Assembly (NCBI RefSeq): GCF_001194135.2
Contig: NC_068988.1
Location: 3,929,245-3,993,244 of the forward strand
DNA: 64,000 bases
From: Octopus bimaculoides
Taxonomy: Eukaryota
Direction: 5' to 3'
Part shown: positions 1 to 13,580 of the stretch, one piece after another
How the letters are laid out: the number at the start of each line of letters is the position of its first letter
Numbering within the stretch: position 1 is the stretch's first letter
Made by a program: the position numbers and the translations under genes
Notes under the pieces: generated by a model
Told to the model about the DNA's origin: nothing
What the model saw: only the letters and a program-made list of their open reading frames with translations
The model's database searches: none

Positions 1-367
1 AAGAGATAACATCATTACAGTCATGTGAAAAGCATTTTGTCTTTATTACATCTTAAAGCCACAAAAGATTCTTTTTATTCTCTAAAGTTTCTGTTTGCTA
101 ATTTTAGTTGATCCTTTAACTGCTCTTGCATCAAGGCACAGCCCTGGAGGAATGTTTTGTTACATGCCTGAGCCACAAACAGTGGCACAAGCACGTGACT
201 CCCTTTTCTCAATACTATCACATGATAGTATCAATACTTTCTCAAGAGAAAGCCAAGGTTGACACACCTTGGCACCAGTATTGTTGCAGACATTACCACT
301 ATCGCGCTAAAGTCTGCACTGCAGCTGATTTGTTTTGCACCAAATCATGGCAGCCACCAGTGTTAAA

Positions 368-613
368 ATAACTTCAATACGGAGCAAATAATTCAGGAGA
401 AAATAGTTGCAAAGGTATCATTGACTCTATTATTATCTAGTGTAACAATTAAAAATGATAATAACAAATCAATAATATAGGTGATTGGAGGCCCCCAAAA
501 GTATTAAATCGCTGAAGGAATAAATTAATCAAGTGTTACACTTGATAATAACAGAGTCAATGATATCTTCCCAAATATTTTCTCCTGAATTATTTGCTCC
601 GTTTTGAAATTAT
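368..613. repeat. Foldback / MITE-like inverted repeat (80-bp arms, 86-bp spacer)
   Basis: 368-447 is the reverse complement of 534-613 with 8 mismatches in 80 by eye; the right arm runs into (TA)n and a gap. Confidence 0.8.
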
Positions 614-618
614 ATATA

Positions 619-975
619 NNNNNNNNNNNNNNNNNNNNNNNNNNNNNNNNNNNNNNNNNNNNNNNNNNNNNNNNNNNNNNNNNNNNNNNNNNNNNNNNNN
701 NNNNNNNNNNNNNNNNNNNNNNNNNNNNNNNNNNNNNNNNNNNNNNNNNNNNNNNNNNNNNNNNNNNNNNNNNNNNNNNNNNNNNNNNNNNNNNNNNNNN
801 NNNNNNNNNNNNNNNNNNNNNNNNNNNNNNNNNNNNNNNNNNNNNNNNNNNNNNNNNNNNNNNNNNNNNNNNNNNNNNNNNNNNNNNNNNNNNNNNNNNN
901 NNNNNNNNNNNNNNNNNNNNNNNNNNNNNNNNNNNNNNNNNNNNNNNNNNNNNNNNNNNNNNNNNNNNNNNNNNN
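619..975. other. Assembly gap (others: 9301-9905, 23044-23299, 25883-26532, 44379-44478, 53309-53362, 59124-59239)
   Basis: N runs, nearly all abutting micro/minisatellites or repeats. Confidence 1.
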
Positions 976-2209
976 TATATCTATTTTGATATCAGTTTTT
1001 ATGATGACACCACATGAAAAATAATTCTATGTTCTCTTGGCCTGTAATATCATGCTTTAGCAAAGAGAAAATAAATATAAAGACTTTAAAAAATGTCCTG
1101 GACTCAAAAATAGCCAACTAAAACCATACAAGGCAAAACAGCAGAAGTGGTTGGTATACTTCTTTGTAGGATGTTCCCTTGGTTTTGAAAAACTGGAACA
1201 GATCTCTTTAAAATCAAAATAATTTCCATCTTCAAAAAAAAAAGAGAAAAACAAACTAGATTTTCACCACTTTAAATGTTTTAAATCAGTCGCATGAGTA
1301 AAATAGTCATTAATGAAATCAAAAACCAATATTCTACATGGCAACAGCAGCAGATGCTGCTAGTATAAATTGGTCCTTAAAAGTTAGACATCACAGTAAG
1401 AATAAATGAAGCGCCTATCAGGTGAACTACTGTAATTATAGAATCTATTAGTATTCTATTGAAAGTAAATCCTTCAACACATTCATAAGATTCTTTTTTT
1501 TAAGTTTCTACATGGAATTTGATATTTCATTATAAACATTTGTATATATTTTCAAAAATGGTTACACTTTGGCTTCGTTTCATTTAACACCTGCAATTAT
1601 GAAAATATTTTTATGTTAATGGTTCTATATTGGTGTTTTGTTTGCAATTAATTCTGATCACTGATAAAGGAATGCATTCAAAATATGCTTCTGTGTGTGT
1701 ATTTATGTGTAAATATATCTATGTATGTCTATTTGTCAGTGTGTGTGTGTGTGTGTGCATGCATGCGTGTTTGTAAGTGAGTGCAGAGAGAGCAAGAAAA
1801 ACAGAAAGAGATAAAAGAATCCTACAACAACAAATATTCCATCTGAAAAATAATGAAGTTAAAATTTTAAACGTTAGTTCCCAGTTTAATAGATTTAAGA
1901 TTTCTTTTTCTCAAAGAGATATGTCAACACTTTTATCAAAGATGTATGTCATATGTGTGATAGAATTAAATTAACTCCAAGTGAGTTTGTGGATGTCACT
2001 AAGTTTGATTACCAGGATGAACAGAAATATGTATGCATGCATATATTACACACACCCACACACCAAGTTGAGTGTATATAAATGGGGTTTTTTCTGATTT
2101 TCACTGGTGGTTTTTGGCAACTTGTATTTCCATGTTACATCATTTATTTGATAGAATTTGTTGTCCACTTGTTGTTGAATAGTTTATTCTTTATTTTACA
2201 GCTTTGATA

Positions 2210-3090
2210 ATGAATGGTGAAAAATAGCAACTGGAGCCATTTTACACTACCTGTGGAAAAAATGACTGAGTACAAGGGCAACAGAAAAAGAAAGTAATGC
2301 TTTCAAGCTTCGGTGTGTGGCACAAAACTGGTTCAGATGTTTTAAGGAAGGTAACACCAGCCTCACAGACAAACCAGAGTCAGGGAGACCTGTTGTAGAA
2401 AATAAGACCTTGATTGAAATGGTTGAACAACAGCCAACCACAAGCTTTCATACATTGTAGGCAGAACCTGACACTTTAAAGCACCATCGACTGTCAACTC
2501 CATAAGCTCAGTCCTATGAAGAGATGCTCTCAAAAATTTCCTCATGAACTTACCAATGACCAGCCTCAACATCATATGAACAATGCAAACAACTGCTAGA
2601 AAATCCTCAAGAAGCCTGCTTTTGGCATTGAAAACTGTATCTTATTTCGTAATTTTAATAAGAGAAATTGGAGATTTCATTCTGTCCAGGCTTCAGAACC
2701 TGTTGTCAAAACAAAGCAGTTTGAAGAGAAGGTCATGCTCTGTTTGGTGGAATTATGAGGAGTTGTTTCACTTTGAGCTTGTCCCAGATGGTCATGCTGT
2801 GAATGCAAACCTTTATGCTCAACAACTGCAGTGAGTCTATGGTGCTTTGAAAAACTACTACCTGGCATTGGTCAGTCTAAGACACACATTCCTACAGCTT
2901 GACAATGCTCCAGCACATGCAGTCAATGTGACCAAGGGCAAACTGGAGGAACTTGAGGGGCTGGAAGTGCTGCTTCAAACATCCTGCAGTCCAGACCTTG
3001 CACCATCAGATGGCCATACTCTCCAAACCATGGCTCATTTCCTGCACAGACTGAGGCTCAACAATGTTAATGAGGTTGAAGGTGAGTGCA
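2210..3090 (+). mobile_element. Decayed mariner transposase
   Basis: Frameshifted pieces ILHYLWKK, VAQNWFRCFKEGNTSLTDKPESGRP (HTH), CVWWNYEELFHFELVPDGHAVNANLYAQQL, LQLDNAPAH and SPDLAPSD. Confidence 0.9.
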
Positions 3091-4024
3091 GATACATCAC
3101 TTCTTTCATTGCATCCACCACATGTGGCATTACTAGAACATGAATAACAGATAGAGTTTCACAAATTTCTTTAAGTATTTCCTTTAGTCAAACAGGCAGA
3201 ATTTACCAGAGTGATCGTATCATAACTTTGGTAAGGCCCAGTTATTCCATTCACACATTTTTTAAGCATGAAACCAATCTGCTCCAAAACAACCTTGGTT
3301 CTATGATACAAATTCCATTTTAAAGTGATCTAAATTAAAATCTTCCATCAACATTATGTGTAAACTTATGCTCCAAACACCAGCTTAATAATGACGAAGT
3401 TATTTTACAAATGTCTTCATTATTTTCACAATTTCTTGAAACAAAGGCAGAATATTTCAACAGAAATATGGTAACAAAACGGTTAAATTTCACTTTCTTA
3501 TAAAAGTGGTTGAAGAAATTCTAGTGTCTGACAAAATATCCTGCATTCTTTAATTAATGTTCTCTTACCTTTAGAGTTCATAATAAGTCTGCTTTATCTA
3601 ACATCCTAGCAGAATCCATAAAGTATAAATAAACAGAAAGTCATAAGTGGTGATAATATGAGAAATCCTTAACTCTGGGAACTACAGGAGCAATAAATCT
3701 GTAGCAACATAAAGACATGAATTTATAGAAAGATGATTGTAATGTACGCCATAAAGTTTATAAGATATGAGAGAAGTGAATATGTACTAAGTTTTAGTGA
3801 GCCAAGGGAGAGAGAACAAAATAATATTTCTAACATTAAATGGAATATTTAGTAAATTTATATTAATAACCAGAGGGAGGAAAGATGAACACTTCAATAA
3901 TTTAATGTCAAAATGTCAGCAAACAGGATTTTAGTTTACAGAAATTGAATCTTAAAATATAATTCATAATTCTAATATGGAAAATGATTACAAGGTGGAT
4001 AATCATCGTCATCAATATTGTTAC

Positions 4025-4099
4025 CACTTCCATCATCATCACCGTCATCATCGTTGTCATCCTCATCAATATCATCACTGTCATTCTCATCCTCCTCCC

Positions 4100-4166
<67 letters not shown>

Positions 4167-4215
4167 CATCACCACCATTGCCATTATCATCTTCATTACC
4201 AACATCATCTTTAAC
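4025..4215. repeat. (CAT)n microsatellite with degenerate flanks
   Basis: Long CAT run; explains the poly-S/H/I/M ORFs. Confidence 0.95.
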
Positions 4216-5259
4216 ATCATTTTACCTCTATTTTTCATGCTGCCATGGGTTAGATGGCTGTCACAGTGTTTCACCACTTGTCGTAGTCTTTTTCTCATCT
4301 GGCACACACACACACACACACACACACAACACCAAAACAAATCAAAACAGAATAAAATAAACCAGTCACTTTAGTTATTGTGCATGTCACGGATATCGGT
4401 TTCTCTACCTGGTTTTTTTCTTTTTTGCAATTAAATACCCTTGCTACAGCTGACCATTTTACGGCATGGAATGGTGATACAATAAAACCACTAAAAGTAA
4501 TAAGAGTATCAGAACTAATTCCTCGATTAAAATAACAAATTGCAGTTCCACAGAATTCTTTAAATGAAAAGGAAATTTCAAAACTAATTGCCAGCTATTT
4601 TATTGGAGACATTTTAGAAATTAATTTTATTTATAAAGTCATAATTATTTTTACAGAGAATCATTTCATTCTGGTTTCCTGTGACCATAAATAACAGAGT
4701 AAGCTTTGTTTTTAACCAATGCTAACCAGTGATCATATTACAGCTGTTTGCTTATATTTGTCTTAACGGCTTTCTCAGTTTGACGAGTGGCAGTTTCTGT
4801 TAGTCAAGAAATTATTCTGTATGATTTATATTTGTATCAATTGAAATAGCATTCACTTAGTAAATGGTATTGCTCTGACAGGTACAAAGTCTAATTCCCC
4901 AGCGTCTAGACAGATCTTGCACAAATGTACATATTACAGCCTACTCCAACTGTCAACATTGCTTTGTCCGCTTCTCATCACTAGATTCAGCAAACTAAAA
5001 GTAAAAGGGACTTTCAAATTATTAGTAATTAGTTAGCTTTCTTCCATTGATGGAGTATGAGCCACTCTTGTTTGTAATCTCTTTCATTCTCTAGCATGCT
5101 GTCTTCACACATTTATAATAATGTTTTCAATACACTTACAAACAAAAATACACATAAGTACATTTGTTTGCATCAATGAATAAGTCTGTGTAGATACATT
5201 TCATTCTAACTATATATGTCCCCCAACTATTGCAATCTCTCGCTATCATTCTGTTCTTT

Positions 5260-5296
<37 letters not shown>

Positions 5297-5753
5297 CTTG
5301 CTGTTTTGGCTCTTTCTATCAACTATCCTTCTTTCTTTCTTTCTTACTCTATTACTTTACAGACATTATCAAATGGACATCACCACCGTCATCATCATCC
5401 CTGACTTCTGCAGCAATATCATCGCATCTTCTTACAGACGCTGGTCCATGTGCTTTATGTCAGTTGCTTCTGTGGCATTGATTATAGACCTTTTGTAAAA
5501 AGAACTTATCAACCAGATTCAGAAAGCCATTGCAATATAGAAAAGATTTCAATAACAGAAAGCAATACTATTCTTAATAGTGCATCATGCATCTTGAAAC
5601 GCACATTGATACATAATGCATTATCAAGAACATAACAACATACCTCAGCATTCATTGTTCAATTTTCTTTAGAGGCATCCATTTGTTAAAAATCCCCTTC
5701 ACCATGGACATGAATTCCCTCCCCATGTACTGACAATAATAATAATAATGATA

Positions 5754-5791
<38 letters not shown>

Positions 5792-5971
5792 TGATAGTTA
5801 TAATATTATAATACTGAATGTTCTTTGATATCAGTACTGCTGTGGCTACAGTGTCTGTGGTTGTTGCAGCTTCTATTGATGATGTCCAAAAGAAAAGACC
5901 CACATACCCTACATAAATGTATAGAGATATCATTTCCAAAAATCTCTTCACAAACATATATATGTGCACGT

Positions 5972-6014
<43 letters not shown>

Positions 6015-6164
6015 ATTATAACATATATTATAATTGTAAAGCTCCTTTAAGAATAATAACTATACACACACACACATATATATACATATACATAATATAT
6101 GTACTGTGTTGTTTTGTTTTACTTTTGGTGTTTTTGGTTTTGCTTTTATTCCTAAAGTCATCAT

Positions 6165-6370
6165 TCATCACCAATTTGCCTGGTACTAGTGCCACATAAA
6201 AAACACTGTAAAGTGGTTGGCATTAGGAAGGGCATCCATCTTTAGAAACAATGCCAAGGTAGACAATGGAGCCTGGTGTGACTCCTGGTCTTGCCAGCTT
6301 CTGTCAAACTGCCCAACCCATGCCAGCACAGAAAATGGACACTAAATGATGGTGGTGATGATGATGATTA
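6165..6370 (+). mobile_element. RTE LINE 3' UTR fragment with (GAT)n tail
   Basis: TGGCATTAGGAAGGGCATCC...CCAACCCATGCCAGCA then GATGATGAT; same family as 53084-53669, where it is joined to the ORF C-terminus. Confidence 0.7.
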
Positions 6371-6391
6371 TGTATATATACACATACACAG

Positions 6392-6427
<36 letters not shown>

Positions 6428-6430
<3 letters not shown>

Positions 6431-6575
6431 ACAGGCCTCCACACAATTTCCATCTACCAAATTCACTCACAAAACATTAGTCAGCCTGGAGCTATGGTAG
6501 AAGACACTTGCCCAAGGTACTGTGCAGTGAGATTGGACCTGGAACTATCAACCACACAGCTGTACCTGCACATAT

Positions 6576-6577
<2 letters not shown>
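6428..6577 (-). mobile_element. Partial tRNA-derived SINE (family B)
   Basis: Reverse-complement similarity to the head and body of 11436-11840. Confidence 0.7.
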
Positions 6578-6610
<33 letters not shown>

Positions 6611-9122
6611 AGTATTTTAGTTGACTGAAGGTTTTTGTGGTTGTGGTCATAATGGAGCAATACCTTATATAACACATAACAGAAAGGCAGACACAAAGAT
6701 GGACACACATGAAGTGAAAGCATTCCTTCCTAAGAAGAAGGAGAAAACAATTGTCTGGGACAAGTGACTATCATTATATTCTTCATTTTCCTTTCATTTT
6801 CAGAGATTTTCTTTTAATGTGTGTATTTATATGCATACATGTCTATGAACAAATGTGTGTGTGTGTGTGTGTGTGTTTTGGTTGTTTAAATAGAAGAATA
6901 ACAGACAAATAATGGATGAGGGTTTAATGTATAAAATTGTTTGAGTGGCTGCAGATGATAAACCAAATAGAAATAAAATGGGTTAACATAATGAAATGAT
7001 GTTTACGAGAATGAAAAGAAAACAGACTTGAGGCAACATACTGGAGCCAATCAGAAGCTGAAGATGTAAATGGTAATGATGATGATGATGATATTGGTAA
7101 TAATAGTGCATCTTCTTTGACATCCTTTTCCGTTTCCGTAAACGTAGTCTATAGTGTCAGAGCTATCACACACATGCACACACATGCACACACACACAAC
7201 ACCAGCCAGTTTTTTTTCTACCATTGGTGCCTATCTCTGGCCATGTCAGTAACATCACAAAATTTAATACTGTATCTGGCTACATCTTCCATAATGATTC
7301 AGAGAAAACTAAACATTAGAACTGTTCACCGTAATTGTAGAGAGATATAAACATCTATTTTTGCTGTACATTTTACACAGAGTAGAATAACTATGAGGAT
7401 TATTAGCCTAGATGTAATCTGATGTTAAGTATTATAAAAATTCCAGGCCTACTAGGCTTAGCTTTGAAACTCATTCACTGAAGTAAAATATTTAAGCAAA
7501 GCTAGAAGGATGCAAGCCATTTGACTTTATTATATATAACTACAAGCTTCGGTGTGTTTTTTATTTTGCAATATCTGTATAGAGATGTTACTGATATTGG
7601 GTAGAATTGGCTTGAGGTATCGAATGCCTTTATAATCATAGTTTTTGTATTTTCTATAAAATCATATGCAATTCACTAATAAAACCCAAAATGAAATATC
7701 AAGTGCAGAATTTTCTTTTACTTAATCTGCGCAATGGACAGCATAATTTAGAATCTGTTCTCATCAAGATAATAAAGGCTTGGGAAAGAAAAAATAACTT
7801 TTGCTGTTTATCATGGTAAATCATCACATTATAACATCAGCACCATAGAAGAAGGTAAAAAGAAAACCGATAGAAAAAAAAAGCATTAAATATTGAAAGC
7901 TTAAAGATAGAAATCAATAATTAAATTCTTGACAAAGGAGCATTTCAAAAATTTGTGAATAAAATATTTGAAAAATGAAATTTATTTTAGTTGAAAACCA
8001 CAAAATAGAACCAGTAAGAAGTGAGATTCTAGATTGTACAATTGATTTTGCTCCAAAAGAAATAAAAGAAAAACTACATATCTTAGGTAATTGAATTTGT
8101 CACTAGCTCAGTCTAGTTTCAAAAACTGAAATACAATTCAAAAGCTTTAACATGTGTTATGGAAAACACATCTCACCCCAAACTGGTTTTGTTTCATTTA
8201 CTACTAATTGAACAGAGTTGAAAAGTGCTATTTTCCATCTAACAAGTTTCTTCACAACACAATAGAAGAAGAGTGTTTCAAATTTACCATTCTAATATTT
8301 CCCAGATTTAATTGATAACTGGATGGTTGTCTTTGATTTAATAATTTAATAGTATATAAAATTTCACTCGATGATTTATTTTGGAAGATTAAATTAGTTG
8401 TAGACTTTAATAATGCCTATAAAAGCATGAAAAATTACAGTTTAAAACAGACTCATTCAATCATTTATGATTAGGGTATGAAATTATACAGTATAGAATT
8501 ACAAATCGTAGAAACTGAAAATTTTCCTGAGTCAGCAAAGCATTAAATGTTAGCAATGACTTTAACAATTATTTTCATTTCTAGTCTCGGACATTTATTT
8601 ATTTCACTGACATTAAAAGTTAAAGATAATCAGAATTATACAGTTTTATTTTCATATTAAAATATGTTTCCAATTGATACATCTTAATTAAATGTGGAAG
8701 TAAATCTGTTCCATTGTTTTGTAAAACATTGGTTCAGGCCTAGTTACAGCATTGTCGTGAAACTTCTAGTGAAGGTAAATAATTTTGCTTATCTTAATCT
8801 ATGCAATTGATGATGGTATCAAATTTCATTCACAGAGAAGTAGTCAGTTGTGACAGCCAACAATAGAAATATTTGTTCCAATAACATGCAAAATATCCAT
8901 ATTTGAAAAGGAAAAAGAAAGAAAAAAAGAAAAAAGACATTAATAGCATCCCACTGTGGATAGTGTTTAAAACATTCTGTAAAATAGTTTGAAAATAAAA
9001 ATATTTTCATAGAAAATATAATTAGAACATACATTTAGAAATATTTGCTCATTAAACCATCTGAAATAGAGAAACCTGGCCTCACTCTTATTACAAACAA
9101 CAGGAACAACTTCACCACAACT

Positions 9123-10010
9123 GTTGCAGTGATGCAGTGGCAGTGATGCAGTGGCAGTGAAGCAGTGGCAGTGATGCAGTGGCAGTGATGCAGTGGCAGT
9201 GATGCAGTGGCAGTGACGCAGTGGCAGTGACGCAGTGGCAGTGATGCAGTGGCAGTGACGCAGTGGCAGTGACGCAGTGGCAGTGACGCAGTGGCAGTGA
9301 NNNNNNNNNNNNNNNNNNNNNNNNNNNNNNNNNNNNNNNNNNNNNNNNNNNNNNNNNNNNNNNNNNNNNNNNNNNNNNNNNNNNNNNNNNNNNNNNNNNN
9401 NNNNNNNNNNNNNNNNNNNNNNNNNNNNNNNNNNNNNNNNNNNNNNNNNNNNNNNNNNNNNNNNNNNNNNNNNNNNNNNNNNNNNNNNNNNNNNNNNNNN
9501 NNNNNNNNNNNNNNNNNNNNNNNNNNNNNNNNNNNNNNNNNNNNNNNNNNNNNNNNNNNNNNNNNNNNNNNNNNNNNNNNNNNNNNNNNNNNNNNNNNNN
9601 NNNNNNNNNNNNNNNNNNNNNNNNNNNNNNNNNNNNNNNNNNNNNNNNNNNNNNNNNNNNNNNNNNNNNNNNNNNNNNNNNNNNNNNNNNNNNNNNNNNN
9701 NNNNNNNNNNNNNNNNNNNNNNNNNNNNNNNNNNNNNNNNNNNNNNNNNNNNNNNNNNNNNNNNNNNNNNNNNNNNNNNNNNNNNNNNNNNNNNNNNNNN
9801 NNNNNNNNNNNNNNNNNNNNNNNNNNNNNNNNNNNNNNNNNNNNNNNNNNNNNNNNNNNNNNNNNNNNNNNNNNNNNNNNNNNNNNNNNNNNNNNNNNNN
9901 NNNNNCAGTGATGCAGTGGCAGTGACGCAGTGGCAGTGATGCAGTGGCAGTGACGCAGTGGCAGTGATGCAGTGGCAGTGACGCAGTGGCAGTGATGCAG
10001 TGGCAGCAAC
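9123..10010. repeat. 14-bp minisatellite (GCAGTGGCAGTGAY)n spanning a gap
   Basis: Near-perfect tandem units on both sides of gap 9301-9905. Confidence 0.95.
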
Positions 10011-11435
10011 GCCATGAAGAAAATCAACAGAAAACAAATATTTAGAACATTAATGACGTGTACATAAACATTTCATGTTTAGTTTTCCTATGATGCATAA
10101 GTCAGCTATGAATTCTTTCTATAAATGTCAGAGAAAGACTGCATTGTAGAAGAGAATTAAGGTTTTGTTGAATGATGATGATGATGATGATGGTAGTGGT
10201 GGTGGTGGTGGTGGTAGTGTTGACGACGATGATGATGATGATAATGATACACAAATAAAAATATAGGTTTTGAAATAGAAAAAAACATTGTTGAAAAAGG
10301 ACAAGTAAAACAAGAATATTGGTTTAATTAAGAGACTTGTAAAATATTTGTGAGAAAACTCAGCCACATTTTCTTTATTTTAATTGTAGTGGAATGACAG
10401 ACATTAGTGTGCCAGACTAAAAGTATGGCAGGGTTTAGTTTCTTGTAGAGTAGTGTACGGGCATTTTGGATGTGAAATATCTACAGAATATGATGAGTGA
10501 ATGAAGTAAAGTTGTTAAGAGTTGATAGTAGTTGAAGTGTGAATTTTTACTACAGTAGAAAAAAGCTTGATGGATTTCAGCCTCCCTATGTGGTAGCCAT
10601 ATTGTTTATTCTCCTCCTTAAATATATCATACCCTTTGACCATGGTGAACACACACACACACATCTACATAAAGTGGCCACTCTGTGCATCCAACACTGC
10701 CAACACACACCCCAACTATGCCACTGTTCTCCTGACAACAAAGGGTTTCGTATCTATTAAGAAGTGCAATATAGAACATTAACATACACAACAAGTGTAA
10801 TGACCGTGAATATGGAAGATCTTCAAAGGATGTAAATAAATGAGATGAATATAATCCATTGGATTTATAATCCATTGGAATATAATCCATTGGGTGTTTG
10901 ACTTTAAACCTGCTTGAAAGGCAAAGCACTGATGAGCTAAAAGAGAGCAACCAATGTATGCAGTAGGTGGGTGGTGACAAAACTAGACTAAATAATCAAT
11001 ATGAATTATGATTAATGCCAGATTAAATAGGGACGTGACCTGTTGTTGATGGTGCCTGTATGAAAGGAAGATCAAGTGAGCTTTGATTTCACATTGTTGG
11101 GTTTCACATTATAAGATGAGTTTGGATGAAGGCAAGTGGCCAGTTGCAATTTGGCAAATCTGTCCAATCCATGTCAGCAATGTGGAACCCTCTTCATGTT
11201 TGAAACTGCTAGAGAATGCTGCCAGATGCCACTCTTTGAAAAACAAAAGATCCATTAGAAAAAGTCATCCTAGATATGTCTAAAAATAAAATAGGTTTAT
11301 TATGGTTGGAATGTTTCAATCTGCTGGTTAAAACTGACTTCGTGCTGACATTAAAAGGACAATGATGATGATAGTGATAATGATGTTGTGTTATTATATA
11401 GTCTTGTAATAGTTAATTACTTTCACCATGTTGAA

Positions 11436-11840
11436 GCTGTAGTTGTTTAAGAAGCTTGCTTCCCAACTACATGGTTCTGGGTTCAGTCCCACTGAGTGGC
11501 ACTGTGGACAAGTGTCTTCTATTGTAGCCTTGGGCCAACCAAAGACTCATGAGTGGATTTTGTAGACAGAAACTGAAAGAAGCCCATTGTATGTGTGTGT
11601 GTGTATGCGTGCTTGTGTGTATGCGTGCTTGTGTGTCTGCATTTGCCCCCCCCCCACCACCATTGTTTGACAACTGATGTTGGTGTGTTTATGTCCCCAT
11701 AACTTAGCAGTTCAGCAAAATAGACTAATAGAATAAGTACTAGGCTTACAAAGAATAAGTCCTGGGGTTGATTTGTTTGACTAAAGGTGGTGCTCCAGCA
11801 TAGCCACAGTCAAATGACTGAAACAAGTAAAAGAATAATA
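11436..11840 (+). mobile_element. tRNA-derived SINE (family B; central domain resembles the Meta-SINE domain from memory)
   Basis: Head with B-box-like GGGTTCAGTCCC, body GAGTGGATTTTGTAGACAGAAACTGAAAGAAGCCC, internal (TG)n; homologous copies at 34555 and 54152. Confidence 0.85.
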
Positions 11841-12171
11841 TTACAAACAACTAGTGTAGGGGTGGGGGCTCTGAAAGGGGTCTCAGGGAGTAGCGTCCCT
11901 GCCTTCCTGAGCTAGTTTTCCAGCACATTTCTTAAAAATCATGGCCTTGGTCTCAGGACCACTCATGTCTAGAAACTGAGGTTGGGGATAAGCAAGGGCA
12001 TGCTCCCCATAGAAAATCCAGCTCCAAAAACAAGCCTCATGATAGCAAAGGAGAAGGGCACCAGCCAGCCCAGAGATTGAGGTGGGCTGCACCTGCCTAC
12101 CTCGGTTGCTATGGCATTGAGGTAGAACCCTGATTTAAAACACTGGATGATGATGATGATGATGATGATAA

Positions 12172-12365
12172 GGTGGCAAACGAGCAGAACCATTAGCAAA
12201 ATACCTAGCAGCATTTTGTCAGTGTTTAGGCTCTGAGTTCAAGATCTGCTCAGGTTTACTTTACCTTTCATCCTTCTAGGGTTGATAAAATAAGTACCAG
12301 TGATATACTGAGGGTCGATGTAATCAATTTGTTCCCTCTCTGACCTTGTGCCAAAATTTGAAATC
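12172..12365 (+). mobile_element. tRNA-derived SINE (family C, Nin/Deu-like domain)
   Basis: GAGTTCAAGATC B-box-like motif and CCTTTCATCCTTCTAGGGTTGATAAAATAAGTACCAG core. Confidence 0.75.
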
Positions 12366-13544
12366 ACTGTTACAAACAACTATTGAAGACTCCCAAAATA
12401 AATATTGCCTATGTTAACGTTTTGAGACCCTTCACAGAGAAAGCTGAGTATAAAAAGGGTTTACTTCTGATTGGTGATATCCTCGGCTCGATTCCAGTCG
12501 GTGGCATCTTGACAATGTCTTATATCATAGTTTCAGTTTACCCAAGTCTTATGAATGTGATTAAGTGAACAGAAATTGAATCTAAGCTTATTTGGAGGAT
12601 TGTACACGTAATTCAAATAATCACCATTATTATATTCTGTTGGACACTGATTCTATCCAAGAATTATGTTAGGAGTACAAGTGTCAAGGACTATGGTTCC
12701 CAATCATAGTCCGTAAGTCCCTTTGGGGTCCACAGAAGATTTTGTTGTTAATATTTATGTGTAATAAATTAGTTATACTAAAGATTGTTTGCCAAGATAA
12801 TATGGCAGTCCTTGTTTAGGACTGCCATGTTATGTTGGCAAACAATTTTTACTACAAAGTACTGTTGCTGAATATCTCACATTGTCAGATTTACAAATGG
12901 TAATTTTCTAATTTGTTATATGTCTACAATATAAAAGTATTTAAACAATTTATTTTATACAGTTCTTAATAGTATTTAATCATGAGAATATGATTTTGCA
13001 AACATTGAATGGTGAGGCGGGTAAAAAAATGGTTGAGAAACAATAGTCTAAGGTATATTCAGTTGTTTACACTCAAACTGTGAGTTGACTGAAAACAACA
13101 GATAGAGATACAAATAATCTCAGTTGTATGTGTTCAAATAAATGGTTCCAGTTACAGCAAATATTTGAAAGAGAGAAAATATGTTAAAGAGAAAAGGCAT
13201 TATTTTCAAGATTTATTAAAATAATTTTATTAAAATACTATATGTATGTGTGTGTGTGTACATGAGAGGGGAGAGAGAGAGAGAGAGAGAGATAGAGAGA
13301 GTGAGAGTGAGAGAGAGAGAGATATGTTTATATTTACAGCGTGAAAACTGGTGTAGTTTACATTAATGTCCCTTTATGGCCTTTGTCATGACTACTTGGG
13401 AAAAAAAAATCTGTGGTAATTGAATCGATATTTCAAAAATGGTGCTAATGCTTTTACTGTACCAAGAAATTTGCAGTTCAATAAAATTAGGAAAAAAAAA
13501 CTTTATGGCCAACTGCACATGTGTATGTTTTTTGTTATTTTTTC

Positions 13545-13580
<36 letters not shown>

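Noticed and set aside
594-1017. Long ORFs spanning N runs (also 8967-10037, 22916-23404, 25743-26796, 44179-44529, 53158-53571, 58942-59352)
   Set aside because: Length comes from X residues in gaps and flanking microsatellites.
3908-4374. Poly-His/Ser/Asp/Met ORFs on both strands (similar at 32869, 44501, 51148)
   Set aside because: Translations of trinucleotide microsatellites with no splice or domain support.
4657-4698. 42-nt plus-strand exon candidate (tttacag ... gtaagc)
   Set aside because: Good splice signals but isolated and too short to support.
9123-10010. Possible CRISPR-like array
   Set aside because: No unique spacers, eukaryotic context, no cas genes; the 62-bp RTE UTR repeats also lack spacers.
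9035-10037. Apparent His/Cys-rich metal-binding repeat protein (HCHC...TATASLPL)
   Set aside because: Translation of a 14-bp minisatellite whose unit is not a multiple of three.
12440-12510. tRNA-like 3' half GGTGATATCCTCGGCTCGATTCCAGTCGGTGGCA
   Set aside because: Only a B-box/T-arm-like motif; no convincing A-box, D-arm or acceptor stem.
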